From contig NW_026781984.1 of the NCBI RefSeq assembly GCF_031769215.1, positions 310,001-374,000 on the forward strand: a stretch of DNA of 64,000 nt, read 5' to 3'. A program made the position numbers and the translations under genes. Below the pieces are notes generated by a model. It was not told where the DNA came from. It made no database searches and saw only the letters and a program-made list of their open reading frames with translations. This DNA is from Ylistrum balloti (lineage: Eukaryota). This document shows positions 14,485 to 28,790 of this stretch, one piece after another (position 1 is the first letter of the stretch; each line of letters begins with the position of its first letter).

Positions 14485-16269
14485 GTGTCAAATTCTAAGT
14501 TTCAAACTAGGACAAGATATTAAAGCTGCTTTAAGAATTTAGCTGAGATATTCTTTACAAAAATTGGTAGCCGGTTTAATCTCTTAAGGTTTGAGATGAC
14601 GTTCTGTCATAATTGTTTTCATAACAGTGTATGATTTGTATTCACAACGAACTAGTGAACAGCTCCGACCCCCTTTCCCCCTAAAAAATTATTGAAATCA
14701 ACAATCGTTTACGCATGCTCAGTTCAGTTGGGTTTGTGGTGTCGTTGATAAATAAAAGATGCAGTCAAGCTCTGTCTTCCATTGTGGTTAAATTACAAGT
14801 TTAAACAAATGGATTTACTTTGTTTGCGAAGTTTTTTGTCCCGTGAACTACCTAAGTCATGTTGAGACGAACTCTCACTGTAGAAGCTGGTGACTACCTC
14901 ACAGAACAACATACGGGAGGCCTGTCGTATCTTATACAGATCAATTAGGGTAAAGTTTCTTGCCTAAAGGCGCAACCAGGACAACATGTGTTCTTGGGCA
15001 GGACATACGAAGGTAAATATCTGAAGTAAGAAATATCGGATTGATCAAATCATGGTTTTCTTGTAAAAACTGTAAAACTACAGAACTGATATTAGATTGG
15101 ATAGAACATGTTAATCTAAATGTTAGGTACCTTGTACATAGATGAATATTTATTAGTTTTATCAGTGAAATATAAGGTTTTCGTGTTAAATTATTCAGTG
15201 TATGAATGGTAGAGTTTAAGCATATCAATCCCCCGTGTAATATCACTTAGTGAAACTCTCCATATCATGTGTTCAAATGTTTCGGGAATGTTTCATCCAA
15301 TTAGGAATATGTACTCATGTTGTAAGTGAACATGTGTTATGAGTAACTAAGTCTTTCAAATAAATATTGTGCGTGTACAACCACAGACTTCGACTCAGTT
15401 TGATAACATACACTTTGACAAAATAGCTGTAGATTTGAAATAATTAATTACCTGGTAATTAGTAATGTCAATTAATGTCGGAGGGAATTATCGTGTGTGT
15501 GTGTATTCATGTATTGGTCAGTGTTTATTCAGAGTTGGAATAGGGTTGGATAGAGAGAAGAATGACGTAATCTTCTGCTTTCTAAATTATTGCTATTTAA
15601 ATTCAGTACTTAAGTCATATACTACATGAAAAACCCGATTTAGTAAGACCCTGGTTGTTCGCGGACCGATTAAACCAGCAAATAAATCCAAGGGGCCATT
15701 CTTTCTGTGGTGTAGCGTCCGTCGTCCGTTCGGCCTCAACTTTTCCACTTGAGTGATTCCTAAATAACAAAAAGAGAAGTCATATTTGTTAAGCGACTCG
15801 AACAACTTCTGATTAACCAGGCCCCGCTTGTTCAAAGGTTGGTTAGAGATAAACAGTGATGAGAAAATATTTCTAAACATTAATCAAACAAAACTGGAAA
15901 TATTATTTATGATTACACAGCTGTAGATTTCTTGAAACAAAGCAGGCTGATATGTTTTCGGCGTTTATTTTACATCAGAGTTTTTATTTTTATTTTTTGG
16001 TTTTCAGTGGCAGCAATTCGATATTTTTTCACTAACCACTGATTTAACTCCTAATTTTTGAGCTACCGGGACTAGAATTGTTAGATGCATGATATTTTGC
16101 CGGTAGGCTTTTGGGATATAGAAATATTCAAGACCCTGATCAAGACTCAAGGCCCCCGATTGTCAAACACCAAAAGCCAAAGCGATTCAATGGCTTTACT
16201 TATTCAAACAGAAGGAATATCCATCAGTTTCTGATGTTTACCATGCACTGTCAGCATGCTGGTTTTTTT

Positions 16270-16975
16270 TATAGTTTCCAATATTCTACTTTATTCGTTG
16301 AATGCTGCGTTCAGAGTGACACAGCTCAGCCTTGGAATACCTAGTTTACCCCAAAATGGTGAAAATTGCGATTGTCCAATCAAATCACATTTTCCGATAC
16401 CTTAGCCAATAAGAAGTTCCATTTCTGATCAGGGATTAACAGAGAATTTACTGCGCATGACAAGCGTCCCGTACATGTCATAAGTCGCTCTACGTGAAAT
16501 CTTATGTAAGCGTAAAGCTTAACATAACGCCTGGTGTAATTATAGCCTATTGAGACAGCCAGTGGTGTCAACAAGCAACTACAGGTAGGCGACTGTCAGT
16601 TCCTTTGAATTATACAAATCAATACTGTTCAGAAAGCATAACTAAATAGCTATAACAACACTTTTATAATTTCTGTATAGAAAGTAATTTCTGTCAGGAC
16701 ATCTCAATTGAGCTTTGCCTGCCATCTCTTTTTCCTAAGCTTGTAGTAGGCCTACAAGTTAGCGGCTAATTCTAACCTCAAATTATCAAATTAGGATATT
16801 TTTCTGCTTTTTGATAAAATTAAGTATTTTAGCAACATGAACAAGTTAAAAGCATATTTCTAAATTATGGTCTCGTTTTAAACAAATAAAAGTTTTATAT
16901 AATAAATGTTTTAATTTGAATAGATTAATTTACTTCATTTTTATCGAATTAACTTTAATAAAAGGCGTGATACAT
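16270..16975. repeat. About 700-bp dispersed repeat, copy A (probable non-autonomous element)
   Basis: Reverse complement aligns by eye with 28185-28790, e.g. CATGTCATAAGTCGCTCTACGTG, GCCTATTGAGACA, TTATGGTCTC..TTTAAACAAATAAAAGTTTTATATAA, AATAAAAGGCGTGATA. Confidence 0.8.
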
Positions 16976-17629
16976 GTATAAGATACTAATATGGGGGAGG
17001 AGTTATTAATAAGTAAAAAATGCAGACCTGTTTCAAAGATTTTTCATGCTCATTTCTCAATCTGTTTACTTACATAGACAACAAATATATCTTTTTTTCT
17101 TTCATGGTGAAAGAGGTGTGCTTTACCAGGTTGTGCATTTAAAAAAGTGTTAGACGGACGACAGACAGAGTCACGAATTTAGTCTAGCCTGTGTGTTGTC
17201 ATGTGAGCAAATCACCAGGGATACATTGTGTAGTAGGTATGTTACACTATACATATTTCAAACCGCCACAGTTTGTTGATAAACCGTAACAGAATCCGAC
17301 CATAGATAGCACGTGGATTCAGATGGTCATTAGGTCCCGATTGCGTTTTACATTAATGCCAGTGCCATTCAATTTGTTATAGGTCAGAAGAAGAAAAAAT
17401 GGTGTTAAGATATATTTTCTGGGTATTCGGTTAGTTTATTGGGAAGTGAATTAATTGATAAGTGAAACAGGACTGTGTTGAACTTTTAATATGTAACATT
17501 GATATCAGCCATATGTTGTAACACATAAGCCTAATGAGTTTACTGGGGGATGGTTTCACTTCGGTGTCACTTTCCTGGCCATTACGTTAGTGATCCAATT
17601 GTCCATGACTTGTGTAAGTTCTCGATTCA

Positions 17630-17965
17630 GTTAATATCACGTGTTTTATCTGTAAGTTAACATCACGTGTTTACCTTTAAGTTGACATCACGTGTTTCAC
17701 CTGTAAGTTAACATCACGTGTTTTATCTGTAAGTTAACATCGCGTGTTTTACCTGTAAGTTAACATCACGTGTTTTATCTGTAAGTTAACATGTAAGTTA
17801 ACATCACGTGTTTATCTGTAAGTTAATATCACGTGTTTTCCGGTAAGTTAACATCACGTGTTTTATCTGTAAGTTAACGTCACGTGCTTTATCTGTAAGT
17901 TAACATCACGTGTTTTATCTGTAAGTTAACATTACGTTTTTTATCTGTAAGTTAACATCACGTGT
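17630..17965. repeat. 26-bp tandem repeat containing CACGTG, about 12 copies
   Basis: Unit TGTAAGTTAACATCACGTGTTTTATC. Confidence 0.92.
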
Positions 17966-18284
17966 TTTATCTTTTTATCAAACTGTGACAAAAATTACTA
18001 TTAGTTAAGTCGTCATGACAATGGATATCAGTAAATTTACTTTAACATATCCGTTCTGAAGCTGCTAATTTGTGATAAGGTATATGATTTCAAAGTTTAG
18101 CCCAAAGAAATATATAGCACGTAACGTCAACATGACCATATTTGAACTCGTAGACTTTGTGTACCAAGACAAGACGAAAACCATCGAAGTTGTGGGTGAC
18201 ATGTGTGGTACTGTCGACGGAGTTCTAGCATTTACTGTAATCGGTCTCGCTCCTGTGTCACAACTTCAGTTCAATTCATTTTAT

Positions 18285-18728
18285 TTGATTTCGTTTCAGT
18301 TAAATTCAATTCAATTCAATTCAGATCAGATCCGATCAGATCAGATCAGTTCAGATCACTTCAGTTCAGATCAGTTCAGATCAGTTCAGATCAGATCAGT
18401 TCAGTTCAGATCAGTTCAGATCAGATCAGTTCAGATCACTTCAGTTCAGATCAGTTGAGATCAGATCAGTTCAGTTCAGATCAGTTCAGTTCAGATCAGT
18501 TCAGATCAGTTCAGATCAGATCAGATCAGTTCAGATCACTTCAGTTCAGATCAGTTCAGATCAGATCAGATCAGATCAGTTCAGATCAGTTCAGTTCAGA
18601 TCAGTTCAGATCAGTTCAGATCAGATCAGATCAGTTCAGATCACTTCAGTTCAGATCAGTTGAGATCAGATCAGTTCAGTTCAGATCAGTTCAGTTCAGA
18701 TCAGTTCAGATCAGTTCAGATCAGTTCA
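18285..18728. repeat. Compound pentanucleotide microsatellite (TCAGA/TCAGT)n
   Basis: Interleaved GATCA and GTTCA pentamers over about 440 bp. Confidence 0.95.
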
Positions 18729-18813
18729 AATATCTATTAGAAGTATCTATCATAAGTAATTTGGTTGTAATAATTTACAAACACACAAACGGGTTTAACA
18801 AAAAAGATAGGGA

Positions 18814-19845
18814 ATTATACTGGATACAAACCCCAAAATAAGTATAGTATTATACTGGATACAAGCCCCAAAATAGGTAGAGTATTATACTGGATACAAG
18901 CCCAAAATAAGTATAGTATTATACTGGATACAAGCCCCAAAATAGGTAGAGTATTATACTGGATACAAGCCCAAAATAAGTATAGTATTATACTGGATAC
19001 AAGCCCCAAAATAGGTAGAGTATTATACTGGATACAAGCCCAAAATAAGTATAGTATTATACTGGATACAAGCCCCAAAATAGGTAGAGTATTATACTGG
19101 ATACAAGCCCCAAAATAGGTAGAGTATTATACTGGATACAAGCCCCAAAATAGGTAGAGTATTATACTGGATACAAGCCCCAAAAATAGGTAGAGTATTA
19201 TACTGGATACAAGCCCAAAATAAGTATAGTATTATACTGGATACAAGCCCCAAAATAGGTAGAGTATTATACTGGATACAAGCCCCAAAATAAGTAGAGT
19301 ATTATACTGGATACAAGCCCAAAATAGGTAGAGTATTATACTGGATACAAGCCCCAAAATAAGTAGAGTATTATACTGGATACAAGCCCCAAAATAGGTA
19401 GAGTATTATACTGGATACAAGCCCCAAAATAGGTATAGTATTATACTGGATACAAGCCCCAAAATAAGTATAGTATTATACTGGATACAAGCCCCAAAAT
19501 AGGTAGAGTATTATACTGGATACAAGCCCAAAAATAGGTAGAGTATTATACTGGATACAAGCCCCAAAATAAGTATAGTATTATACTGGATACAAGCCCA
19601 AAATAAGTAGAGTATTATACTGGATACAAGCCCCAAAATAAGTATAGTATTATACTGGATACAAGCCCAAAATAAGTAGAGTATTATACTGGATACAAGC
19701 CCCAAAAATAGGTAGAGTATTATACTGGATACAAGCCCCAAAATAAGTATAGTATTATACTGGATACAAGCCCAAAATAAGTAGAGAATTATACTGGATA
19801 CAAGCCCAAAATAAGTAGAGTATTATACTGGATACAAGCCTAAAA
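18814..19845. repeat. 34/35-bp tandem minisatellite, about 30 copies
   Basis: Units TATTATACTGGATACAAGCCCCAAAATAGGTAGAG (35) and TATTATACTGGATACAAGCCCAAAATAAGTATAG (34). Confidence 0.96.
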
Positions 19846-22800
19846 TCTCGACAACCGACAATGAATTTTACATGGTCTCGGTACGTATTTCTTCAGAATA
19901 GTGTCGTCACCACCCCCTCGGCTGACGTTGTAGAAAGCAGAATGAAAACTTTCAACAGTTTTCAGATGGTATCTGTAAAATTTGATAATTTGTTAATTCG
20001 TACCAGTCACTTCTAGGGCTAGGGGTACTTACTGAACATATATACACAAGAGAATTATTGTTCAGATGCTGAATATAATACGTTCTATATATAATGATAT
20101 AAAGTGTTATACAAAGTATAATAATAATACTGTCTGATTTCATTGTTTGTAATAATGGACGATTACAAGGAGAAAGATTATCTCCTCTTTCGTTTTCTTA
20201 ATATTTAAATGATTGTGAAATCCATTTCTGAACAGATGAGTGTCCAGCTATTGAAGTAGAAGCTATAAATTTACTCTTATTGGTACGACATGGTACTTCT
20301 TGCGAAAAAAAATCAAAAGTGATGATGTTTCATAGCCGGAGACCGCAGGTTGGCGTCAGCAAATCCGAGCTATGTTCTAACTCCACAAGTCTCCAAGGCT
20401 GCTTTTATAATATCTGTGACATATGAGAGAAACAGATGAGAGATTACAGAAAAATACTAGATTCGTTATTATTGTATACAAATAAATGGATTTTTTAAAG
20501 TAAAAGAATAAAAAAAATCAAAAGTGATGATATTTTGTTATGAGGGTAGGTTCCGAGAGGAAGATAGATAGAGAATTCATGGTCATTGTCTTAAAATACA
20601 GCTTTTATTTTACGACACTGACCATGTATTCTATTTATCCTGTAACACTGATTGAAAATCAGACTAGTGAAACTTCAACAGTTTTTTTTTGTTCAATTTG
20701 TGTTTAGCTGATGTTGACGTTACGCTGAATTTTGCCTAATGACAGACGTCAAAACCATTGCTCCGCATTGAAACATAGTTCCAAACTTCATCGGATATAA
20801 CAGCGGTTTTTATGAATTTTCATAAATCAACTTGTTCATAACAACGTATAGAATCGCCTATTTCAACAACTGTTTATATTTCTAACCGTAATATTTAAAA
20901 AAATTCAGAGTGTAAGTCTGTCGAATTACCGCACGTGTTAAAATTCAGCTGTTTTTCCGTCACGGCAAAAGTTTATGTGGAAGGTGTATTCCGACAACGG
21001 CAGTACCAGTTGCAGGATAAATGGTATTTTAATGGATGTGTTTTAGATAATGTAAGACGAATTTAATTACTTGTGAGCTTTACTTCATTTTAACGGTAAT
21101 TTTTATGAAACACAACAAAAATCTACTAATATAGCAAAAAAGCATTGTTCACTGTATTTAATATTTGCAAGGAAAATTATTTAATTTCATGTTATAGACA
21201 CATGTTTGTAGTATCTGAAATTATGGACTGAAATTTTGTGTTTTTGTAAAGAACCAGATATTGAAAACTAAATTTAAATTATTGTAAAAGATTAAATCTC
21301 CTGCAAATGTTATGGTCTACCAAAAAATAGAGAAAGCTCCACTGGAAATTATCAGAAATGTCCGTATCCTTAAATATTGTCTAAAATCAAAACTTTGTTT
21401 TTAACAGTCCTGTTAGGTTAGAAAACAGGAGCGAATGGTTATATGGTGAGAGAAATGAACTTTTTAGATTGGGTGTGGAGTACATATGGCATTATGAAGA
21501 TACTTTTACACCTGACAATATTATAATCTTTCGTTTAATAGTACAGAAAAAATACTGCAATTTGAACTTTGTGTAACAGTGGTGACAATGCAGATTTATC
21601 ATATTTTGTTCTTAAACGCAAACGAGATGCAGATTTAAGAAACGTTTCATTGAGAAACATTATTGTAACAGACCTAGAATGTTTTAATTTATACAACTTA
21701 TGATAATCTGTGAAGAAGAAAGTATTATTAAGGTAATATGAACTGGTGGTGTTTATTGGTTGGGTGAGAAAGTATGTGTTTCATCGTTGTTCACACTTAT
21801 ATACACAATGCCTATTTTGAACTGAAGAGCTGTAAGGCTCAAGATAATAAAGAATTAAATTGGAAAAAAGGTGTATGGCTTTGAAAGGTGATGTAAGGGA
21901 GACGATTGAGTTGGAGATTAAACGCGACGGACACGGGGCCTCGTTAAGCAGGCGCGTTGTAGTCGTTGCTGTGAAGGAATGGCGTTTAATTGCTCCGAAG
22001 TCGGTCGTCATTAGCTCCCTTTGTCCAGTGCAGCGTGCGGAGTCAGGTATATTTAGTAATGGTAGAAAAACCAAACTGCTAACTCGATATATCTATCGTT
22101 ATGGTAATTGATTATATTGTTTCATAGTCTGTTGGAGAACGAATGACAGCTCGCAAGCAGATATGGAACCAAGTTGTAGCACGTAGCGTGACTATTTTAT
22201 CCAATCAGGGATATTTGTTATTTGTTTTTTTTTAAATGTGTTTGTGGGTATAAAACACTCGTGTGGTCGTTTCTCGAGTAGAAACCGTCCGTATCAGCTC
22301 GGAATATAAACCTGTTGGAAGGTGTGCATATGTGTAAAGCAAGACGCCTGACCAAGTTTGGGATCCAGACATTTCTCAGATAGGAGGTATGGTAACTCTC
22401 TTAATATATCTTTCGTATTCACATATATTTTCTTTATTATTGTGGAATAAATAAATAAATGACGTTAAATGGAAATTGAAAACACTGCATGATGTAATGT
22501 ATACCTCTATTCACGTTTATATTTTATTTTGTGTCATTGAAACCAGAAATTGTCTTATTTATAAACAGAGGCGTTAGAACTTTACATATATTTATATGTA
22601 TATATGAAATAAACCATAAGTTCACAAACAAGTATTTTAAAATCAAACTAATTAGCATGTATATTAATTGGAATAATTTATATTATCACATTATATATAT
22701 GTTTTTTTTAATTTTGAAACAAATATAACTGAAGTGATGTGATCTTAATTTACATGTGTTCGTATAAATGATATAATAATGTAAATCAGTGGTATACAGA

Positions 22801-24831
22801 CAGTCCGGTGTTAATTCTCACAGTGAACTATCATCAGATGCTTCCTGTTGAAAATTCACCACATGCACATGTCATTTCTGGTTTGTACTTTCTGTCTTTT
22901 TCTTAATATTTAGGATAATTAAACACCTACCCCACCCAACACCCTCCTCCTAACACCTCGTGGACCCCCTCACACAAGTACTCGCTATAATCCTTTTTTC
23001 AAAGAAGTGGTTTTATACGTTAAGTGTTTTAAACCTAATTTATAAAGGAAATACGTATTGTTTTACTCAAGTCCGCGGAGTGAAATAAAACAATATCAAT
23101 GTTTATTTAGCTTCTCTTCAGTGACGTTTCCTGAAGCCCGTGTACAACCGAACCGCGACCAACTCGGTGTGACTACCTGTCGTAAATTGACTATTAAAAA
23201 CAGGTTTCATGTAGTCATTAAATATAAGCGTATTTTTTTTAAATCTGCCGCACGGCCTATCTGCGACTGTTGACGCAACGTTTCTGCAGCGCCTCCATCT
23301 TGGGAAGGTATTGCCGCTATCGCCAAACCATAGCTACACAATGGACCTCATGCTAGAAATCCCACTAGTGACAGCTCGGTCACTAGCCCACGTATCAACA
23401 CAAATAATACTTCATTTTAAAGCTGAGAAAAAGTTAGATGTTGTAGTCATCTCAAAGTGGAGTTATCGGAAATCAAAATTAAAGAAAAAATAACGGAAAA
23501 ATATATGTACTCCTCATTTATTTTGCATAGGATACTTTTAACAATAAACTGACATATAATAACCCACCCCACAAAAAACAAACAAAAAAAAAATAAAATA
23601 AAAAAAAATTGAACAATTAAGAAATAATTTACAGCATTTTTTTTCAAAATCATCCTTTTTTAAATAGTAATAGTAACTTGATTGTTGCAATGAAAAAGGC
23701 TATATAGAAGCGAACATGTGGATCTGTGGACCTGGTCCCTGGACAGGTGTTCACCCCAAAATGAATTTATTTTTAATGGCTTACGTATCAAAGTGCAATT
23801 AATTATATATCAGTGTCATTCATGCGACTTCATGATTTGCTGGACCTCATTTCAAGCGGGAAAGGGGGAGGGGGGATGAACAATACACCCCAGGATTTAC
23901 GCATTTAATTTGTAGAGTGAATAATGTTGCCAATCTATTAAAGGTTATATCAGCATGCAGAACACTGAATGCAAAGTGCCACACAGCAGCTAGCAGCTTC
24001 TGACCATGAGATGCACTAATTAATAATATATGTAGTCACATAACAATATGCAGGGTGAATCTGCAAAATGACACCAGAAAATCAAGCGCACAATAAAAGT
24101 ATGCCTTGATATAATCCCACTAGCTACTTTCTTGAATTTTGGTGCATTATGAATGAGGAGACCACGACAAAACAATGTAAGGTAATATACAGTCGGATCT
24201 CGCTTACAGGCGATTCTAATGAAATGTAGCATGTTGTTTGCCTTCACACTGAACATTCACATACATGTGTAGAGAAGGTAAACCTATAATCCAATAACTG
24301 TTTGAATTTGATGCAACAACAATCACATCATTCATGACAAAAATGAAAACAAGTATAGTGCGACCTTTCTTGAAGAGCAAACTGCTTTATCATAAGTTCT
24401 ATCTTCCATATTTTCTACTCAACACTATACATAATGTTTACAAGTCAAAATTAATAGGCCCTATCACACAAAGGTAAATCGGATAAGGCACACATTCTGT
24501 AGAACATCAATTTGTACATGGTAGTAACTTGACAGATTGTACAATACCTTCCCAATATGCCGTCGCGCGGCATCTAGGATTATATATCTATGGACTGAGC
24601 TACAACAGGTTTGCTTTATATCAGCGGAACAGAGTGAAATATTTGTGTGTATTTCAAAAGAGAATAAAACCAAGAAAATAGAATTTACCGAATACTTCGC
24701 ATACATGCTCTGGTCCAGGAAGTGACTGGGCTCCGGATTCCCCAATGTGCTATATTTAGACAGTCTAATTTTATATATTGGCAGGGGGTATTTCCATCTG
24801 ACCTTAGGACATCACAACGGAATCTCGGGTT

Positions 24832-25020
24832 GGCACGGTAAAATGTCGCGTTGTCGTGTTGTCAGCTTGTTGTGTTATCGGCTTATCTATAAAGTGTAAT
24901 GTGGACCCGGCGTTATAGTTGGTTCGGCACGGTAAAATGTCGCGTTGTCGTGTTGTCAGCTTGTTGTGTTATCGGCTTATCTATTAAGTGTGATGTGGAC
25001 CCGGCGTTATAGTCGGTTCG
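24832..25020. repeat. 94-bp direct tandem duplication
   Basis: GGCACGGTAAAATGTCGCGTTGTCGTGTTGTCAGC... starts at 24832 and 24926; related TTGTCG-rich sequence near 27005-27210. Confidence 0.85.
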
Positions 25021-25139
25021 TGTAACACAATGGCCTTATTACGTAATGATTACATGATCATTACATGATCCTGTTTCATTACTATTTCAAGATATGTATT
25101 TTATATTATATATATTAGTGCAACATAATCATGTTTTCC

Positions 25140-25770
25140 TGTGGTAGCGTAAACAATGCTAATACTGTGTGTATTGTGCATTAGGGTAATGGGTTAACTG
25201 GACGATAATGGACCATGGAGATAACACAGGCTGATAAAATAAATGGGTAGAAAGAATGAACGTACGTGGCAGTTGGTCAAGAGCCAAATAGAGTACCATT
25301 TCAAGATGGTCAAAGTATCCATTAATACAAATCAATTAAGTTCAATTTACACAATTTGATTGTATAGATACAGGTCAGCCGACCTGGGGCAGAACAGGTA
25401 TGCTGACTCCCGCTGGAATGTTGTGGGCAGGGGAGTTGACCAATCGCTGACATTCATATGTCACAGATATTATAAAAGCAGCCTTGGAGACTTGCGGAGT
25501 TAGTCAGCTCGGAGAACCTTTACTGACGCCAACCTGCGGTCTCCGGCTACTCACATTCGGCCATATGAAACCTAAAATGTTATAGGAACTTTCGAACTTT
25601 TCGCCAAGAAAATTATTTAGTTATACACCAGTGTGACGGGTCGTCGGTCCACTGTTTTACTATAGTTGTAACGTATCCTGTTGTTATTCTCATGGAGCCA
25701 TACCTGGTGAATTATGTTAAATAAAACTTCGAACCTTTGGAACTTGGGTTGTTGAACTTTTGTCATTTCA
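25140..25770 (+). mobile_element. LTR-like relic, boundaries uncertain
   Basis: TATAAAAG near 25470, AATAAA near 25720 and more GC-rich than the flanks; part of it recurs inverted at 20333-20426. No TSD found. Confidence 0.35.
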
Positions 25771-26563
25771 ATACGCATATGAACACCTGAAGTGTTAATA
25801 TTCGATGTAAATATGAAAATAGGTAATGCGACTATAATGTTAAAAAAACGCTACGGGAAAACGATATGAAAAATAGAAAAAAAGATAAACAATGTTCCGA
25901 CGCCGAAAATATGTAAAAAAAAAAAAAACAAAACAAAACAAAACAATTGACGTTATAGGCGCGTGTGTCGCTTTATTATGGATATATTTTATTATTTATA
26001 AGCCGAATTCTCCATTTCCCGATGTTGATATCTAAGGTAATAGCCGCTTTAACAGAGTCTACGTTATACAATACAGGTAACCAAATAGTCTTAATCTTGA
26101 ATCTTTTGTGTATACAGAACTTTAGACACAACACCATACTGTATTGTCGGTGTCAGCGCGTGGACGCTTTCCAGGAATATCAATTCCTTCTGATATGAGG
26201 TCAGTATTTGCAATATTATAATATATACATGGTATATGTTTGTGTTAATATTGAAAAGATACCCCACTTCTCCTGATCAAACCACCGTATAGATATATGA
26301 TGAAAACGTGTTAAATGTTTCAGTGTAACTGTCGTAGAGAGAATGAAGAAATCCAGTCCTTGTTGGGCGTATTTTAATTGTCTGCATGAATTTGTATACA
26401 ATATACAAGTAAACTATATACAATAGTCAACCTTTACCGTATCAAAGTTAAGAAGTGGAGATGTTCTTGATCGGTCAAATGTCCGAGCGAGCGGGCTTCC
26501 CGTCAGAGGAGACTAGCCTTTGTCCTGTGTGGTCTCCGCTCTTCTCTCCAGACCAAATAATTT

Positions 26564-26761
26564 TTTAAATTACAACATCAAAATTTTATTCTTTTTAATA
26601 TATATATTAACTTTTAATAGTTTAAATAGACTTGACTTATAGATCCTGGAATAAAGAAAGCAGCAAAGTTGATTATTATAATAAGGTTTAAATTATGAAT
26701 ATTATATAAATCATATATTATTTCTATTAAAAAGAATAAAATTTTGATGTTGTAATTTAAA
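26564..26761. mobile_element. AT-rich MITE-like or foldback element
   Basis: 37-bp perfect inverted repeat, 26564-26600 (TTTAAATTACAACATCAAAATTTTATTCTTTTTAATA) versus 26725-26761. Confidence 0.6.
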
Positions 26762-28184
26762 GAATCATTTTACTAAATGAATATAAAATAATATGTACTT
26801 TTTGTCAAATCAAATGACAGCCAGGAGAGGCTTATATAAAAAGCCAGTCTTTCATTGTCATATGCCATGTGTTTACATAGTAAGGACCTCGTGTACAAAA
26901 TAATACAGGCAAAACAGAAAATAAAACTAAAAACCTTGTATTTCTCTACTATTACACAAAAATACGGTCACTCTCACCCAACATATCAATTAAACCTTCA
27001 GCGATATCCCGACAACGCGACATTTGGCCGACTATCTGAGATTCTGTATGCTATTTAGCGTGTTCAAAATGCCATGTTGTCGTGTTGTCACCTTGTCGCA
27101 GTTTTAAAACGCAACAAGACGACATTTTATCTATTAAATCTCGGGTTGTTGCAGTTTATAAATGCGTCAAAGCGACAAAGCGACATCACGATACCACGAG
27201 ACGGCCGAAATCAGACACCATATTCAATAGCTCAAAGGTCTGAATTACAATGCATTCCTATATTTACCAACTTCTGGTATCGACATATATATTCGTTGTA
27301 CAGTAATTGTTGGTTATTATCTCATAACTGCCAACTTGAACACATGAAAATTGAAATGAAACAAACAAAAAAAATCAAAGAAATAATGAAAAATAATCAA
27401 CAACTAAACAAAAACATAAACAAATACAAAAAATAAAACAAACAAAAAATGATCACGTTAGAAATAAAAAAAAAAAAGCATCGAACTGCTTCCAGTTGAT
27501 ATTCATGGGTTTATTAATACATCATAGAGCGCTTCACGGAAGTTGCCTTTGTTTCCAGCTGGTATTCAAAAGCTAATTTACAAGATTAAGAAAGTTACCG
27601 GGAAAACTTCTTCTCGGTTATTATCATACAACGATCAGATTACCACATGCTAAAGCTGACTAGTATTTATTAAGAAACACTTTGTAGGGTTTGGGAAAAT
27701 CAAAACAAAGGAAAAATAATAAAATTGAGCCCCAGTAAAAATACAAACTGATGATATACGAAGATCTAAACTGCCACCACAAAAAAACGAGTAATCTGCA
27801 TACTCATATGTACAAGTGCGATGTCGCACGTGCTGCCCGCTTTTCGTGACGTCACATCACAGGTAGAATGCAGGCGTATTGTCATTTAAGGGTTCGTTGT
27901 GTAGGCTGAATATGACGTACACGTGTTTAAAGTAAATACCGACCTCATGAAAATGTCTAAAGGATTTTGCGACTTCGGTTCAACAACGATCGTAGATTGA
28001 AGCATGCTTACAAAGAGTGAATTTCAACAACTTTTATATTAAACCAAACGAATGATATAGTCTTGAATATTTCTCAGAAAGACGTGTAAAGTTTTAATAT
28101 ATCGATATCAATAATATTTTTTCATCTTTACCCCTTTTTGTGAAAGTTGTGTACAATGTGGTTTTGAAAATATGTCGTTGGTCC

Positions 28185-28790
28185 TATCACGCCTTTTATT
28201 TAAGTTATTTGGATAAGTGAAGTAAATAATTTTTTTCAAATCGGAAACTTTATATAAAACTTTTATTTGTTTAAAATGAGACCATAATTAAGAGATGTAC
28301 TTTAAAATTACTTAGTATATAGCCGCAAACTTGTACTTCAAGTTTTGGAACAAGACATGGCAGGTAAAACTCAATTTAGATGTCCCGTCAAAAATTTCTA
28401 TACAAAAATTACAAAAGTGTTTTTATAGCTATTTAGTTCAGCGCTGTAAAGTGTTCATTTGTATAAATCAAAGAGAGTGGTAGTCACCTATATGTAATTA
28501 CTTGTTGACACCACTGGGTGTCTCAATAGGCTATTTAACATAAGGCGTTAATTTAGGCTTTACGCTTACGTAGGATTGCACGTAGAGCGACTTATGACAT
28601 GTAAGGGATGCTTGTCATGTGCAATAAATCATTTCTTAATACCTGGCCAGAAACGTAACTTTTTATTGGCTAAAGTATCGTAAATCTTAATTTGATTGGT
28701 CAATCGAACTTCTCACCATTTTGGGGTACACTAGAGTTTCCAAGGTTGAGCTGAACGCAGCACTCCAGAATAAAGACTATTGGACACTTT
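28185..28790. repeat. About 700-bp dispersed repeat, copy B (inverted relative to 16270-16975); its end is repeated at about 29535-29600
   Basis: See copy A. GCAGCACTCCAGAATAAAGACTATTGG.....TTAAAGAAATCTCTTTTATACT occurs near 28757 and again near 29547. Confidence 0.8.

Noticed and set aside
18072-19741. QFRSVQIRSD and LGLVSSIILYLFW ORFs
   Set aside because: Microsatellite and minisatellite translations.
21781-22111. Opposing 83-aa and 97-aa ORFs in a GC-richer patch
   Set aside because: No domain, splice or element boundary could be supported; probably a TE fragment.
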